Below are positions 21,100 through 33,378 of a stretch of DNA of 64,000 nt, piece after piece (positions within the stretch are counted from its first letter, which is position 1; each line of letters opens with the position of its first letter). The notes under the pieces are model-generated. The model worked only from the letters and a program-made list of their open reading frames with translations. It did not search any database and was not told where the DNA came from. Where the stretch lies: positions 364,240-428,239 of the forward strand of contig RDEW01000047.1 of the NCBI GenBank assembly GCA_011109175.1. Reading direction: 5' to 3'. A program made the position numbers and the translations under genes. Source of the stretch: Dicyema japonicum (lineage: Eukaryota; Animalia; Dicyemida).

Positions 21100-23600
21100 T
21101 TTACAGTTTCTATATTTTACTACAATAATTTTTAAATCACGTGCAGATTTTTGTTCATTTTTTGCTTGTCTTAAAGTTATCTACACCTTTTATGGGCTTA
21201 AACTACGATACAAAAGTTGAAATTGCTAAACTTCTTTCAAAAAAGAAGCATTCAATTCGAAAACTCGCGAGAATGTTTTACACAAGTATCGGAACAATCT
21301 CTAGAATCAAGAGAAACATTGTTCCATTCACAAAAATGGACAGATTTATTCAAATGCAGAGACTTCAGAGTCAGTCACTAGTGAAAAGCATAAACTTTTG
21401 GATTCAAAAGTGTTGGATGTATTTCAACACCTAAGAAAACAAAACGTTCTCATCTCCGGACTTTAATCCAATAATCGGTATTATTGTAATTCTTAAAATC
21501 ATTTTATTAAGGCTGAAATTCGCATCTAGAATCTTATTCAAAATTTTAAGGCTTCAAACGGATGGTTAGAAAAATTCAAATCAAGACATGAACTTAAGTT
21601 CAAAACTTTGTCTGGAGAAAAAGTTTCAAGTGACAGTTCCATGATTGATGAGTTTTTAATTCAATTTAATAACAAAATTGACGAATATGGAAAACAAAAC
21701 ATTTTCAATTGCGACGAAACGTGTCTTTTTTTCAGACATAGTCCACTGTCTTGCTTTGCTGCAGCTATACAGGAGAAAAATTAGACCCTTTAATTATGGA
21801 AAGTTTTGTAATCTAAAATGCTTCAAAAATTTCCTCCCGTCAATCCATAATGTTGTTTATTTGTCATCCAAAACTGCATGGATGACAAAAGATGTGTTTA
21901 GATTTTGCCTTCATAGGATTAATGAACATTTTTTATCACAAAATCGGAAAATTATTCTGCTATTGGACATTGCTGGGCCTCATAATAATCTGGAATTCTC
22001 CAAAAGATGTGTTTAGATTTTGCCTTCATAGGATTAATGAACATTTTTTATCACAAAATCGGAAAATTATTCTGCTATTGGACAATGCTGGGCCTCATAA
22101 TAATCTGGAATTCTCTAACATAGAATTATTTTTCCTACCTAAAAATACAACTCCGATACTTCAGCCACTGGAGTTTGGAATTATCAAATCTTTCAAAGAC
22201 CACTATTTTACATCTTTAATAGATTTTTTATGTTTTACTGACCATNATCTTTCAAGGACTACTATTCTACATCTTTAATAGATTTTTTATGTTTTACTGA
22301 CGATCAAGATTTTTTTATTGAGTCCCTAAAAAAGATAAATTTACTTCATGTGCTATTATTGATTTCTGATGCATGGAAGGAGGTTTCATCAGAAATTATT
22401 ATTAATTGTTGGGAAAAAGTGCTTAGCGAACATCAACCCGAGGATTTTATGGTCATTTCATCAATGAAAAAATTGAAAAAGCTATCGAATATGTTTTAGA
22501 AGAAAATGACTGAGTCAGAGCATAATTTTTATAATGTAATTGAGGCTGAATATGTAACTATAAGAACAGCCATTGATAACATAAATTTATTTATTTATTT
22601 TATTTAACCCCAAGACCACCAGGAAATATAGGTCAAAACTAACTAATTAGGTGATCCCAGCTTCCAGCAACATCCGGATTCTTTTTAATTGGTCTTCTGG
22701 TGATCAAACCGCACCCCAGAAGCGTCTTCTCTTGCTTCTGCAAAGGAATTCTATCGGTGTGCACTTTTTTATTCCCGACCGAAATTCCTCTGCATGGGCC
22801 ATTTTTTCCTTGAATGGGTTTCCCAGTTCTTTGCAGAAACGTAGGAAACCCTGGCCATTTTTCAACGTCGCCTCATCAGAAACGAGGTCGCCAATGGGAT
22901 GTCCATGTGGTGCATAATTCTCCGCCCGAGGGAGCTCAAACGGTCTACTCTCGAAGGAGGAATCGCAAACCTCCAGGCGATGCAGGCATATTCAATGGTT
23001 GGTACGATGACTTGTTGATAAACCTTGCTGATGCAGTCGGCCAGTGGGAGAGGGCTCTTCTTTATCATCGCATTCAGAATGTTTCATTTCCGATAACCCT
23101 TGGCGATCACCTCCTCTACGTGACTCGAGAACGTCAACAAAGAGTTGAAAACTACACCAAGGATCTTCTGGGTCCGTGTAGAAGAGATGGGAGTGTTTCC
23201 GCCCATCTTTAAACTTTCTGACCGTTGTGAATAATGTGAACTGAGACTTAAATGCTGATACTCATAACGTATTTGCAGATAGCCAGTCACAAATTCGGTT
23301 TAGGAGTGTCTGAACAGTTGCTACAGCCATAACATAAATAAAGTTGAGGAAAACAATTTAAATATGTTGCTGGATTGTCTTAAAGATTTTTATTATTTTA
23401 GAAAAATATTCATGCGCAATTTAAAATTTAAATATGGCTATGGACAAAAAATTACTGATTACTTTAAACAATGTTAATTTTCTGTAAATTCTAAGGTTTT
23501 TAGTCAACGAAGTATTTTTATATACTCAATAATAACAAATTTTTGTACGACTATGGAGTAACTTCTATTTTTGGAACATTTGTTGTTCCAAATGTAGGTT
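21100..23600 (+). mobile_element. Decayed pogo/Tigger-family DNA transposon (CENP-B HTH and DDE_1), interrupted by a LINE
   Basis: SIRKLARMF..SIGTIS, FKASNGWLEKFKSRH..FKTLSGEK, NIFNCDET, KTAWMTKDVF, RKIILLLDNAGPH, FFLPKNTTPILQPL.FGIIKSFK. TIRs not resolved. Confidence 0.88.
22587..23328 (-). mobile_element. 5'-truncated Ingi-like LINE (same subfamily as 10820-13590) inserted in the pogo element
   Basis: Near-identical to 13100-13590; 3' stem-loop at 22612-22658 and (TAAA)n tail; 11-bp TSD ataacataaat at 22576-22586 and 23329-23339. Confidence 0.9.
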
Positions 23601-24761
23601 AGACTTTATAGGGTTGAAAAATGACGTCTTCGCCCAATCCAGGTATGGAATTTTTATCTTTTAAACACTGCTTTTCGATCGTTCCCTCTGAGATTGTAGT
23701 CTTCTAGAATTTTTCAGTAAAAATTATCCTACATTTAATTTTTTCTATCCGATTTCTATCATGTTAGATTATTTTTTATTTATAAAAGTTATGATTATCA
23801 AGATTTTATTTTTTATATCGGAAAACCTAAATTTCTAGCGTGTGTTACTCTTTATGCTCCCACTACTTCATCAAGTGCCCTTTTTTACTTTAGTTTCCTG
23901 AAGGCAGGCTACAGAAACTTCATAACGACTAAAATTATCCCTTAATTGTGGCCTTTGCAGTTAGGTCGCAATTATTCTCACATTGAATGTCATTAGCACG
24001 AGTTCTCTAGGGTGTGTATTAGTCATAGTGCAAAAAAAGGGACGTCACCACTTCAACCAAGAAACGCTGCATCAATTATAGTGAGATTTAATAATTAACG
24101 TCAAATTTTGATTTATCAAGATTAATTTAATATTTATTTTTAAATATTGTTTTACAATATGGCGAACCTTTTAATGCATTTAGCGTTAAGTTCCCACGTT
24201 GTTGTGGTTGTAGTGGTTGTCGTGTGTTATCTGTTTTATCGTATTTCTTACTGTGTTGTATATTCTGTAATATTCTATTAATATATTATTGGATTAATCA
24301 TATAGTGTCGAAGGCGGTTATCAAAATGTCTAGTATCTATATATTTAGATGACCTATTAATATGGATTGTTCCTCACTATTTGATTTGTCTTATCACTTT
24401 AAAGTATAATAATGAAACTTTTACATTAGAGTCATAATATTTATTGTTTTTTATTTTTAATGAAAGAATGATTTATTATTATTTTACAAAAAACAACCAA
24501 CATTTTGGATAATTTTATCGAGATATCACAGTTGTTTTTTTATATTTTCTTATATTCAAAAAGCCGTTGTTTATATATATATTTTTTGTATTCAAGAAGC
24601 AGTTGTTTTTATATTTTTTTGTATTCTAGAAGTCGTTGTTTTTAGAAGCCGTTGTTTTTATATTTTTTTACATTCTCGAAGCCGTTGTTTTTATATTTTT
24701 TATATTCAAGAAGTCGTTGTTTTTATATTTTTTTATATTCAAGAAGCCTTTGTATTTATAT

Positions 24762-25540
24762 ATTTATTTATTTAATAACCCTAAAAGGGAACACCAAGAA
24801 AGAAGGAGTAAACCAACTAATTAAGTGACCCCGGTAGGTTTCCACAGGATCGAGAGGTTTTTCTTATGTTCCTACAGAGTACCCACGGCTGTCCTGAATA
24901 GACGACGATCATCTTTCATCAGAGTTTGAAGAGGAGTGGGTTTTTTCCTCAAATTTTGTGTATTTGAAGCTTCTTGCCTTGAATGGAAGAAACGACTTGT
25001 TTCTTGGCCAGACAGACCGATGAAGTCGGAGCCATTATTTTTCATTGCGGCGTGGTCAAACATTGAGGGGAAAAAATCGGGGGTAGATTCGTTAGACGTG
25101 CCAGTTTGCCAATTCGGGAATATATCTTGAGTGGATTTAATATCAAAGCTCCATAGGCCCATGAGGCACAAGCATACTCTATCATCCGTTTTAGGAATTG
25201 ATTGAACAAGACGACAGCGCATTCCTGTGACGCCCTGGACTTTAAGAGCGGTTTGATTATATTTAGTTAACTGAGACCATTTGTCAAAACGTTTATCACA
25301 TGTCTGAGAAAATGTCATCAAATGGTCAAATGTCAATCTCAGGATAGTTGGACGAATCTGTAATGGTGAGGAGTCTCTTTAAATGTGTAAATCCAGTGTA
25401 TGTTTTTCTTTCCTGTTCGTGATGAAGATTGTATACGTTGATTTATCCCTGGATGTGGAGAGACGATTCAACTTCAATCAGGCTCCCAGTACGTCAATAT
25501 GTGACTGAAGCTTTGAATTTGCTGTACCCACGTATTTATA
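24762..25540 (-). mobile_element. 3' fragment of an Ingi-like LINE within the minisatellite
   Basis: Minus-strand ggggtcac-ttaattagtt..gtgttccc stem-loop and (TAAA)n tail; decayed RT C-terminal coding (ILGLTFDHLMTF). Confidence 0.7.
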
Positions 25541-25599
25541 TTTTTTTATTCTAGATCCGTTGTTTTCACATTTTCTTATATTAACAACAACAATTCAAC

Positions 25600-25862
25600 A
25601 AGTAATTATGGAGTTAATTTAATCGTGTCCGCCTTTGCGGACTGGACACTTCACATGTATGAGAATCCTTTCTCTTGAGGGAGTATAAAACCATCCCTCG
25701 CATCAGTCTTGGAAGAATCACAATTCGGAAGATAAAGAGGATTGTATCGACATCCAACATTAGTTTTCTGGTGCAGAACATCGCTTGAACGGCCTTCTTC
25801 CTTCGCTCGTGATGTCCTTCCGATACGATCCTCTTCCATCCACTGCAATCCCCAGGTATTTC
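25600..25862 (-). mobile_element. Fragment of a Jockey/I-like LINE related to the 58460-62480 element
   Basis: RRKKAVQAMFCTRKL..IFRIVILPRL resembles the region 61930-62220. Confidence 0.55.
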
Positions 25863-26334
25863 ATGCTTTCTTATATTCAAGAAGCCGTTGTTTTCACATT
25901 TATTATATTCTTGAATCCGTTGTTTTTACATATATTTTTTGTATTCTCGAAGCTGTTGTTTTTATATTTATTATATTCAAGAAGCCGTTGTTTTTACATA
26001 TATTTTTTGTATTCTCGAAGCCGTTGTTTTCACATTTATTATATTCTTGAAGCCGTTGTTTTTACATATATTTTTTGTATTCTCGAAGCTGTTGTTTTTA
26101 TATTTTCTTTTATTCAAGAAGCCGTTGTTTTTATATTTTCTTATATTCAAGAAGCCGTTGTTTTTATATTTTCGTATATCCAAGAAGCAGTTGTTTTTAT
26201 ATATGTTGGTCTTCCTCTTGACTTTGGTATTAATGTCATTGACGTGTTCGCCGAATATTAGGAGAGTATCCAAATTGTTGGAGATTTATTCATAGAAATT
26301 TCATATCCAAATGATTTGATTTTGGAAGAGTATA

Positions 26335-27030
26335 TTATTATTATTATAAGCACTTATTGCTATGTCATAGGACTTGACAAAGCATGTGAACACGAGTTAG
26401 CAAATCACTGGTTAGTTTCATCCACTTCCTCGTATTCAAAGCCGCAGCGCGCAACCAGTCCAGATCCTCTCCACTTGCAAGATGTCGTCCCATTTCTTTG
26501 AGGTCCTCGTCGAGAACGACTGCCAGTGTCGTCCTTGGGCGACCACGGAAACGGGGGGCCTCCAACATGAAGTAATCCTCCATGGCTACGTTCGCGGGGG
26601 CATCTAGGTCCAGTCGCAGAATATGGCCGAAAAGCCTCCATCGTGTATCCAGAATCTCATTAGAAATTTCTGAGGTCTTCGTCCTCTTATAGAGAAGATT
26701 AGATGACATCCTCGTATCACTTCTTTCGAACATCATATGCCGTAGTTGGTCTCTATGAAACGCATTAAGCCTCTTCAGTTCATTTCTTGAGCAGGCCCAT
26801 GTACCAGCGTTATATAGTAGTATGGGTTTTCGTCCTCTTATAGAGAAGAGTAGATGACATCCTCGTATCACTTCTTTCGAACATCATATGCCGTAGTTGG
26901 TCTCTATGAAACGCATTAAGCCTCTTCAGTTCATTTCTTGAGCAGGCCCAGGTACCAGCGTTATATAGTAGTATGGGTTTCACTGGCGAGTTGTATAATA
27001 GAGTTTTTGTTATAGTGTCAAGGCCCTTTT
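26335..27030 (-). mobile_element. RTE LINE 3' copy nearly identical to 7895-8440
   Basis: ORF 26365-26871 matches ORF 7944-8411 (TWACSRNELKRLNAFHRDQLRH...RWRLFGHILR); (TAA)n tail. Confidence 0.92.
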
Positions 27031-27302
27031 TGGAAGAGTATGACTTTCCTGTAGAAATTTCCAGTCGATTGTATATGAGCCAATGTTCCAACATAACAAT
27101 ATAACTTTGAAGTTTCATCCCTGCATAGTTTTCCTAGGAATTCAAATATTCACGCCAATTAGTTTCAAAGGTCATCTTCTGGATAGAGTTTTTGGATTTT
27201 GTTTGAAATATCTTCATATTGAATTATTATCATTATAAAGCAAACGTCTTGCCAAATGACAAAACCAGTGTAGTACCAAACATTAATTTTCTTGGTTAAT
27301 TT

Positions 27303-27745
27303 TTACCACTTTCCACGATCCTGAGCCAAATCCCTCAAGTAATCCATATCACCAGCTATAAATAAAAGTGCGGAGTCGGCCAATTCTAAATATAAATCTG
27401 AGTAGAAGTCATCAAATTGAGCCGGATCTTTGTTAATCCAACCACTGTGAGGTGCGTATTCATTGATAATGGAGACAATGTCAGTGCTTGCTTTGGCATT
27501 AATAAACTTCATTTGTAGAACTCCGATGCGGTCATTAACTGCCCATACTCTGTAGATATGGAGGAGGAATTTTATTTTGATGTCAAAACCCTGTCCATAG
27601 TACCTGTTGACAGTCGAGAGAAAGATCAATTTGAATTTACCACATGTTTCTTCGTGGTTATCTTGGATTTTGCTTTCCCGTAGGCAACCGATTGCGACAT
27701 CATAATTATGTAGGTCTTGACAGAGGGAGATCCTTTTACAAGAAG
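27303..27745 (-). mobile_element. RTE-type APE endonuclease fragment
   Basis: YDVAIGCLRESK, GQGF, VNDRIGVL, IINEYAPHS, FDDFYSDL, FIAGD. Confidence 0.75.
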
Positions 27746-27749
27746 AATT

Positions 27750-28780
27750 CCATTTCTTATTAATGTCATTAGTCATCCACCAAGCTTTATCTTTCTCTCT
27801 TTACGGATAACGGAGTATCCGGGAAAGGTTGGGGTTCGTATGTTTGCTTTGTCTTTTGGACTAGAGCAAAATCAATTTCATTTCTATTGAGTAAATTGTT
27901 TCCTATTCCGTTAACCTGGACCAGCCCTGTAGAACTCTCCTCTTCAATGTATCATGTCTGTTGCGTGGGAATTAAAATTTAGAAGGCTGTCGTACTTGAC
28001 TCCAAGGACAGTGGGGGACCTTGTCACTGGAATCCGAGTGGGACCAATAAAGATACTCGGTTCATCCTTGGAACGACGGTCCGAAGTGAAAGTGGAACAG
28101 ATAAACTTGGTTGCAGAAATCGTTAGTCGATTGCCAACAATCCAATCGTGGAGAGTGTTCAATTTTGTTTGAGTTTTAAGGGATGCGACTTGCGTCGAGC
28201 GGTTCTGTATTGCAATGACTACATCGTCTGCGTAGGATAATAGCAGGGAATCTTCGTCTTTATTATTAGGTTGGTCGTGTAGGAATAAGTTGAATAGAAT
28301 TGGTGAAAGTGGAGACCCCTGGGGTACCCCGTTCGGTAGTAATCGTGATCTAGATCTGAGATCACCACTGACTACTCTTCCATGTCTTCCAGACAAAAAG
28401 TTGGCCAGCCTTAATTTTACATTCGGACGAATATTAGTAGAAAATATTTTTCCAACCAGGATTTTCCTCGAAACAGTGTCAAAGGCTCTGTTGATGTCAA
28501 TAGAAACCAAGATTGTGCGTTTTTGAGGCAGGGAAAGGGTGTTAAAACCGACGGCAATGAACTGCGATAGGGTTGCCAAGTATGTAGCGGTGGACCTACC
28601 GTGGAGGAAACCATGTTGAAATATAGAACGTGGAAGATACGGAATAATGACTGATAATACAAGTTTCTCCATAATTTTTGACAGTGTGCTGGTAACGGAA
28701 ATAGGCCTGTAGGAGGCAGGTTCTGTCTTTGGTTTCCCAGCCTTCAATATCTGTTTGATGATAGAATTCTTGGCCAATAA
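27750..28780 (-). mobile_element. Ingi-like LINE fragments: RT core (27944-28777) joined to an APE start (27750-27925)
   Basis: SYRPISVTSTLSKIMEK, FQHGF, RTILVSIDINRAFDTV, GVPQGSPLSPILF, SYADD; PTFPGYSVIRKER..LGG. Confidence 0.85.
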
Positions 28781-28989
28781 TCGTCCCTTTTACGATATCT
28801 GATAAATGTTTTTTTCCGGTAACCGCACATAACCTCCATTTAAAATTCTCGACAAAAGTGTGCAATTTTTTGTGTCCCGTTATTTTTTGATTTTGCTTTA
28901 AATTCGTTAAATAAAGCGATTATTTGATTTAAAAAATAAAATTAATAAATTAGACTAAAAAAGAGCTCAAATATTTTGATTTTATTTTT

Positions 28990-30270
28990 TTCAAAAAAAA
29001 GCATGAAAATATCGATGAAGAATTTTCTTTGACTGGTACTGTATGGATTCTCTGGCTTTGCATAACTCGGAGTTGAGATGAAATAAGCAATCACCGCATG
29101 ACCGTCCTGGGCGAAAACCAAATTGATCACTTCTGAAGTAGTCTTCTTTTTCAGCTAATTTGTAAGCCTTCAAGAGACAATTTTTTCCATAATTTTTGAA
29201 ATTGACCGAATCAGGCTGAACGGGCAATAGTTAGCAGGATCATTCTTTTGTCTTCTTGTCTTCGCTACCATCTGTACAATAGTCTTCTTCTATTCGTGTG
29301 GAACATGCCCAATTTTGATGCATACGTTAAACATATCTTTGAATTATTGATTTTTTAATGAAAAAAACTTTAGAATGTATTGATTTTTAAGTATTAATAT
29401 TAATAGCATTTTCGAAGAACCAAAAATGTAATTTATTTAATTAAGGTTCTGCTTGTGCCGTATTTTTCTTCAGGTTATTCTTTCTCCCACAATTCTCTTA
29501 TCTAACTTTCTTTATGCTCCAGGGTTACTGACAATTATTCTGAATGTATCCATCTGGCTCATCCGAAGAATGTGACCAAATAGACGCCATTTTGATTCAA
29601 GGATATCCAGACTCAATGGTCTTGTATTATATATTTTGTATAGATTCTTGTTTGTAATTTTTTGGNACTTCCTTTATGCTCCAGGGTTACTGACAATTAT
29701 TCTGAGCGTATCCATCTAGCTCATCCGAAGAATGTGACCAAATAGACGCCATTTTGATTCAAGGATATCCAGACTCAATGGTCTTGCATTATATATTTTG
29801 TATAGATTCTTGTTTGTAATTTTTTGGATAGTTAATGCCATGCAACAGTAGGAGTTGTTTACGATGGAAGGCATCTAGTTTGTCCATTACCGCTTGTAAG
29901 ACTCCCCAGGTTGCAGCGTTGTTCATTAGAACCAGTTTCACGGAGGCATTGATTTTTAATGAAAAAACTTTAAAAACAACTTTACAACTTTATTCGAAAA
30001 ATAGTCTGTCTATGGGGCCTGGACACTTCCAACGTATGCCATCTCCATTATTAATTTGCTTCAATTGTTTTTTAATGGCATGGACTCTCCATCGCCAGGT
30101 TCACTATCTTTCGTAAATCCGCACCAAGTATATTGTTCAGTTCTTTCAGCCTTGATATTATCTCTTCTAGTTTTGTTGCGATCTTTTCTTGCACATTCCA
30201 TTGGGGCATCCTTTCGACTCTCGTGGCTTTTTGGCTGGTTCGTTTTTGGTAATTCTGGGGCCGATTATTC
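28990..30270 (-). mobile_element. Decayed LINE RT fragments (Jockey/I-like 28990-29330; RTE-like 29450-30270)
   Basis: DPANY.P.SLI..ISKIMEK, DQFGFRPGRSC; WRLFGHILRM. Confidence 0.6.
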
Positions 30271-30499
30271 TCAACGCACGTTATAATAACGACCGAGAAA
30301 ATACGGCAACTCATCTAGGCACTATCAGACCTTTTTTGTCTGCTTATGGTGTTGATGATGGTGGGCTAGTAAATACGAAGGCGTTGATCGAATTACAATA
30401 TAATAATTTGATGGAAAAGATCAACTTAATTTCATTATGTCCTCTTAAAAGCATTGGGCAACTCACATATCGAGCTTAAATCGTCGACAATATGGCTAA

Positions 30500-31570
30500 A
30501 ATAAGGTGATAACTCACCACGATCGGAGGCGGTGTACACATATATGCAAGACTGCAATATTTTTGGAGTCGATCAACAAATACATGTCCCCATTGTAAGT
30601 CAAGGAGCATGTCGGTTGATCATTTAGCCACTCGGTGCGGATCCATGCTCTGCCACAACTATGTGTGGAGTCATAACGAGGTAGTAAGGTGTCTTCACCT
30701 TCTAATATGCAATAAGTATGGTATTTGCCACACCAGAAAGTTGCCGACTCATAAGGTGCAATCTGTAGTAGAGAACACCAGGGTCCAAATTAAGGTAGAC
30801 AGTGTTATCCGTACCTCGGTGCTAGTCAAGCACAATAAACCGGACATTGTGCTACATGATAAGGATTCTGGCCAAGTCCTTATCATAGAGGTTGGCATTA
30901 CGTCTCAAGACCGTTTGCAGACTGTGGAGGTGGAGAAAAAAAGGAAGTATGACTTTCTTGCAAACGAGATGGGGCAGATGGTTGGTTGCAAGGTCCTCGT
31001 TATTCCTATAGTAATGACGTGGGAAGGAATTGNCGACTCATAAGGTGCAATCTGTAGTAGAGAACACCAGGGTCCAAATTAAGATAGACAGTGTTATCCG
31101 TACCTCGGTGCTAGTCAAGCACAATAAACCGGACATTGTGCTACACGATAAGGATTCTGCCAAGTCCTTATCATAGAGGTTGGCATTACGTCTCAAGACT
31201 GTTTGCAGACTGTGGAGGTGGAGAAAAAAGGAAGTATGACTTGCTTGAAAACTAGATTGGGCAGATGCTTAGTTGCAAGGTCCTCATTATTCCAATAGTA
31301 ATGACGTGGGAAGTAATTGCAACAAAGTACCACAATGGTTATCTGAAGCAGTTGGGGTAGATAGGAAGCTCAAGGTCTATCTACAGTTCACTGTATTAAA
31401 GCGGACCCTAGAGAGCCTGACACTGGAGTATAGCCCGGAGATGACATATGGGCAGAGGGTTCAATTGAACAAAGCGCTCTCAGAGTTGTTTCAGCAACCA
31501 GAATCGAACCTGCCTGAGGAGGCTGGCGAACAGGCAGGCGAGGAAGGTTGTTGATTATTAAATATTAACT
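30500..31570 (+). mobile_element. C-terminal CCHC plus restriction-like (REL) endonuclease of an R4/NeSL-like non-LTR retrotransposon
   Basis: CPHCK..SVDHLATRC, SHNEVV, HNKPDIV..D, IIEVGIT, EKKRKY (PD..D/E..K pattern). Confidence 0.88.
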
Positions 31571-31639
31571 TTTTATTGTTGGTTAAATAAAGTGGGGTTT
31601 AATTTAAATCTACTATGCAATTCGTCAATGTGAGCAATG

Positions 31640-32075
31640 TCCAAATGTGTCGGTTCCCGAGAGAAATACCGGGAAAATATGAGAATGTTACTGAGAGAAG
31701 ACGGGATGACCTGATGGCCTTTTCAGTCTATCGAAACAATAAATTATACAGACTGAATGATTGTGGACTAATAAGTCTGAACGTACTTGAAGCCCGCTGG
31801 CGCTGTTTTAGGCATATTTCACGGATGGTTGAACAAACACCCTGAATGCCGCCATGGAAAAATTTTTCGGTCATTTCGAATCTCCTGCATTCAGAGGATG
31901 TCCAAGAAGTTGATTTCTTGGATACTTGCGGAGGATTATGCAGTGATTGGGCGGACTGATGGACGCAGATGATCTGGACGAAATCAGGAGACGATCACGA
32001 CAATGAAAAGGACGGAGAGGACTAACGGAAAGGATAGTGAAAAACATTGCACAAGCGAAACCATAAACAGTGTTT
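31640..32075 (+). mobile_element. Divergent RTE-like 3' fragment
   Basis: NNKLYR..LEARWRCFRHISRM..TP..AME. Confidence 0.55.
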
Positions 32076-33014
32076 ACTGGTAACGCGGATTTGCGTTAAC
32101 TAACTAACGTGAGTCTAAGGCAGAAGAACACGGGATGGCTCATTTATTGAAAGCATCTCAGGACTGAATTGGGCGAGGAAAGTCAACAAGAAAGTCTTAT
32201 ATGATGTTTAATCCACTGGTTTTTGAGCCTTGAGATTACTGATTTTAGATAGAGATTATCTGAACATGTACTATGAATGAAAATGGATGCAAGGGTCTGC
32301 CACGTTTCTGTGAACGTCCATTAGTCACATTTACTGCAGTACCTGATTCAACTTCGTCAAACTGAAACTAAGATGTGGAGAACGCCTCAACGACTCAAAA
32401 GAAGATTAAAACTATTATGGTTTTACTTATGTTCCTTTGATTCTGTGAACGTCCATTAGTCACATTTACTGCAGTACCTGATTCAACTTCGTCAAACTGA
32501 AACTAAGATGTGGAGAACGCCTCAACGACTCAAAAGAAGATTAAAACTATTATGGTTTTACTTGTGTTCCTTTGATGACAATGTACACAAACTTCCCAAA
32601 ACCATGCTGCTGAGAGCAGATATTGAGAAAAATCTCTGCAGCTAACCACGTGATGGGAGTTTAGACGGTATTTGGTTATATCCTAACGAGAGAAACCACA
32701 GTCAGCAAATCGGTAGTTTTATATTTTTTCGACGGGGATAACGTTATTGAAAAAAATAAAAATGGGACATACAAAATGAGGTATTCTTTCTTCTTATAGT
32801 GGGTAGATTTGATGACGCTATCAGAGGGAAGGAAGAGAAATTTTCAACCAATTAGCCACATAGCACCGCATAACACCCCGCGACTTGCACAACCATAGAA
32901 ACCAGATACATTTTAATTAACCTTTAACCTCTTTCAGTTGATAAATAATTAACCGCTGAAAACAGCTGTATTGATGTAATATTCTGGATCCCGATATTGT
33001 GCTCTGTTCATCTA

Positions 33015-33285
33015 CAGGAATAATAACAGCGCTTTCAAGAAAGTCCTAGAGCTCTGCGTGTGCAGGACACACTTTTTTAGAGTTAAGATAGTTATGCTAA
33101 CAAATCGTTGTAAATAACCACGTTATTAACTTTCTGCTTATGGTCACGTGTAAGTATCAGTAGATAATCTGGTTCCGCAGTACGGTATTTACTGATGAAA
33201 ACGCCTCTAGCCAGGCTAGGAAGCACCATAGATGCATGGAACCTCCATCTTGAATGAACGGGAAGTATCTGAATTTGTCCGACAC
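33015..33285 (-). mobile_element. SINE family A copy
   Basis: Reverse complement ttcattcaagatggaggttccatgcatctatg..catcagta..actgcggaac matches 63912-63997, then continues into the 3' body shared with 10350-10510. Confidence 0.65.
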
Positions 33286-33378
33286 TCGAATAAAAATGAA
33301 AAATTCAATTAACTGGAATCAAGTAACAAAATTTTTATAACAAAACTCACTGAAACGTTTTATAAACGGAAAACTAAA

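Larger units (their letters stand above)
24530..26205. repeat. AT-rich minisatellite (about 32-36-bp unit, core tattcaagaagccgttgtttttata), split into blocks 24530-24765, ~25545-25580 and 25865-26205 by LINE fragments
   Basis: Directly visible tandem units; 32- and 36-bp units alternate in 25873-26090. Confidence 0.9.

Noticed and set aside
24530-26205. CRISPR-like array of ~33-bp repeats
   Set aside because: Units are contiguous and degenerate with no unique spacers; no cas genes; eukaryotic context.
33054-33090. ttttagagttaagatag resembling a Cas9 repeat/sgRNA scaffold
   Set aside because: It is part of the SINE family A body, also present at about 10423; the similarity is short and coincidental.
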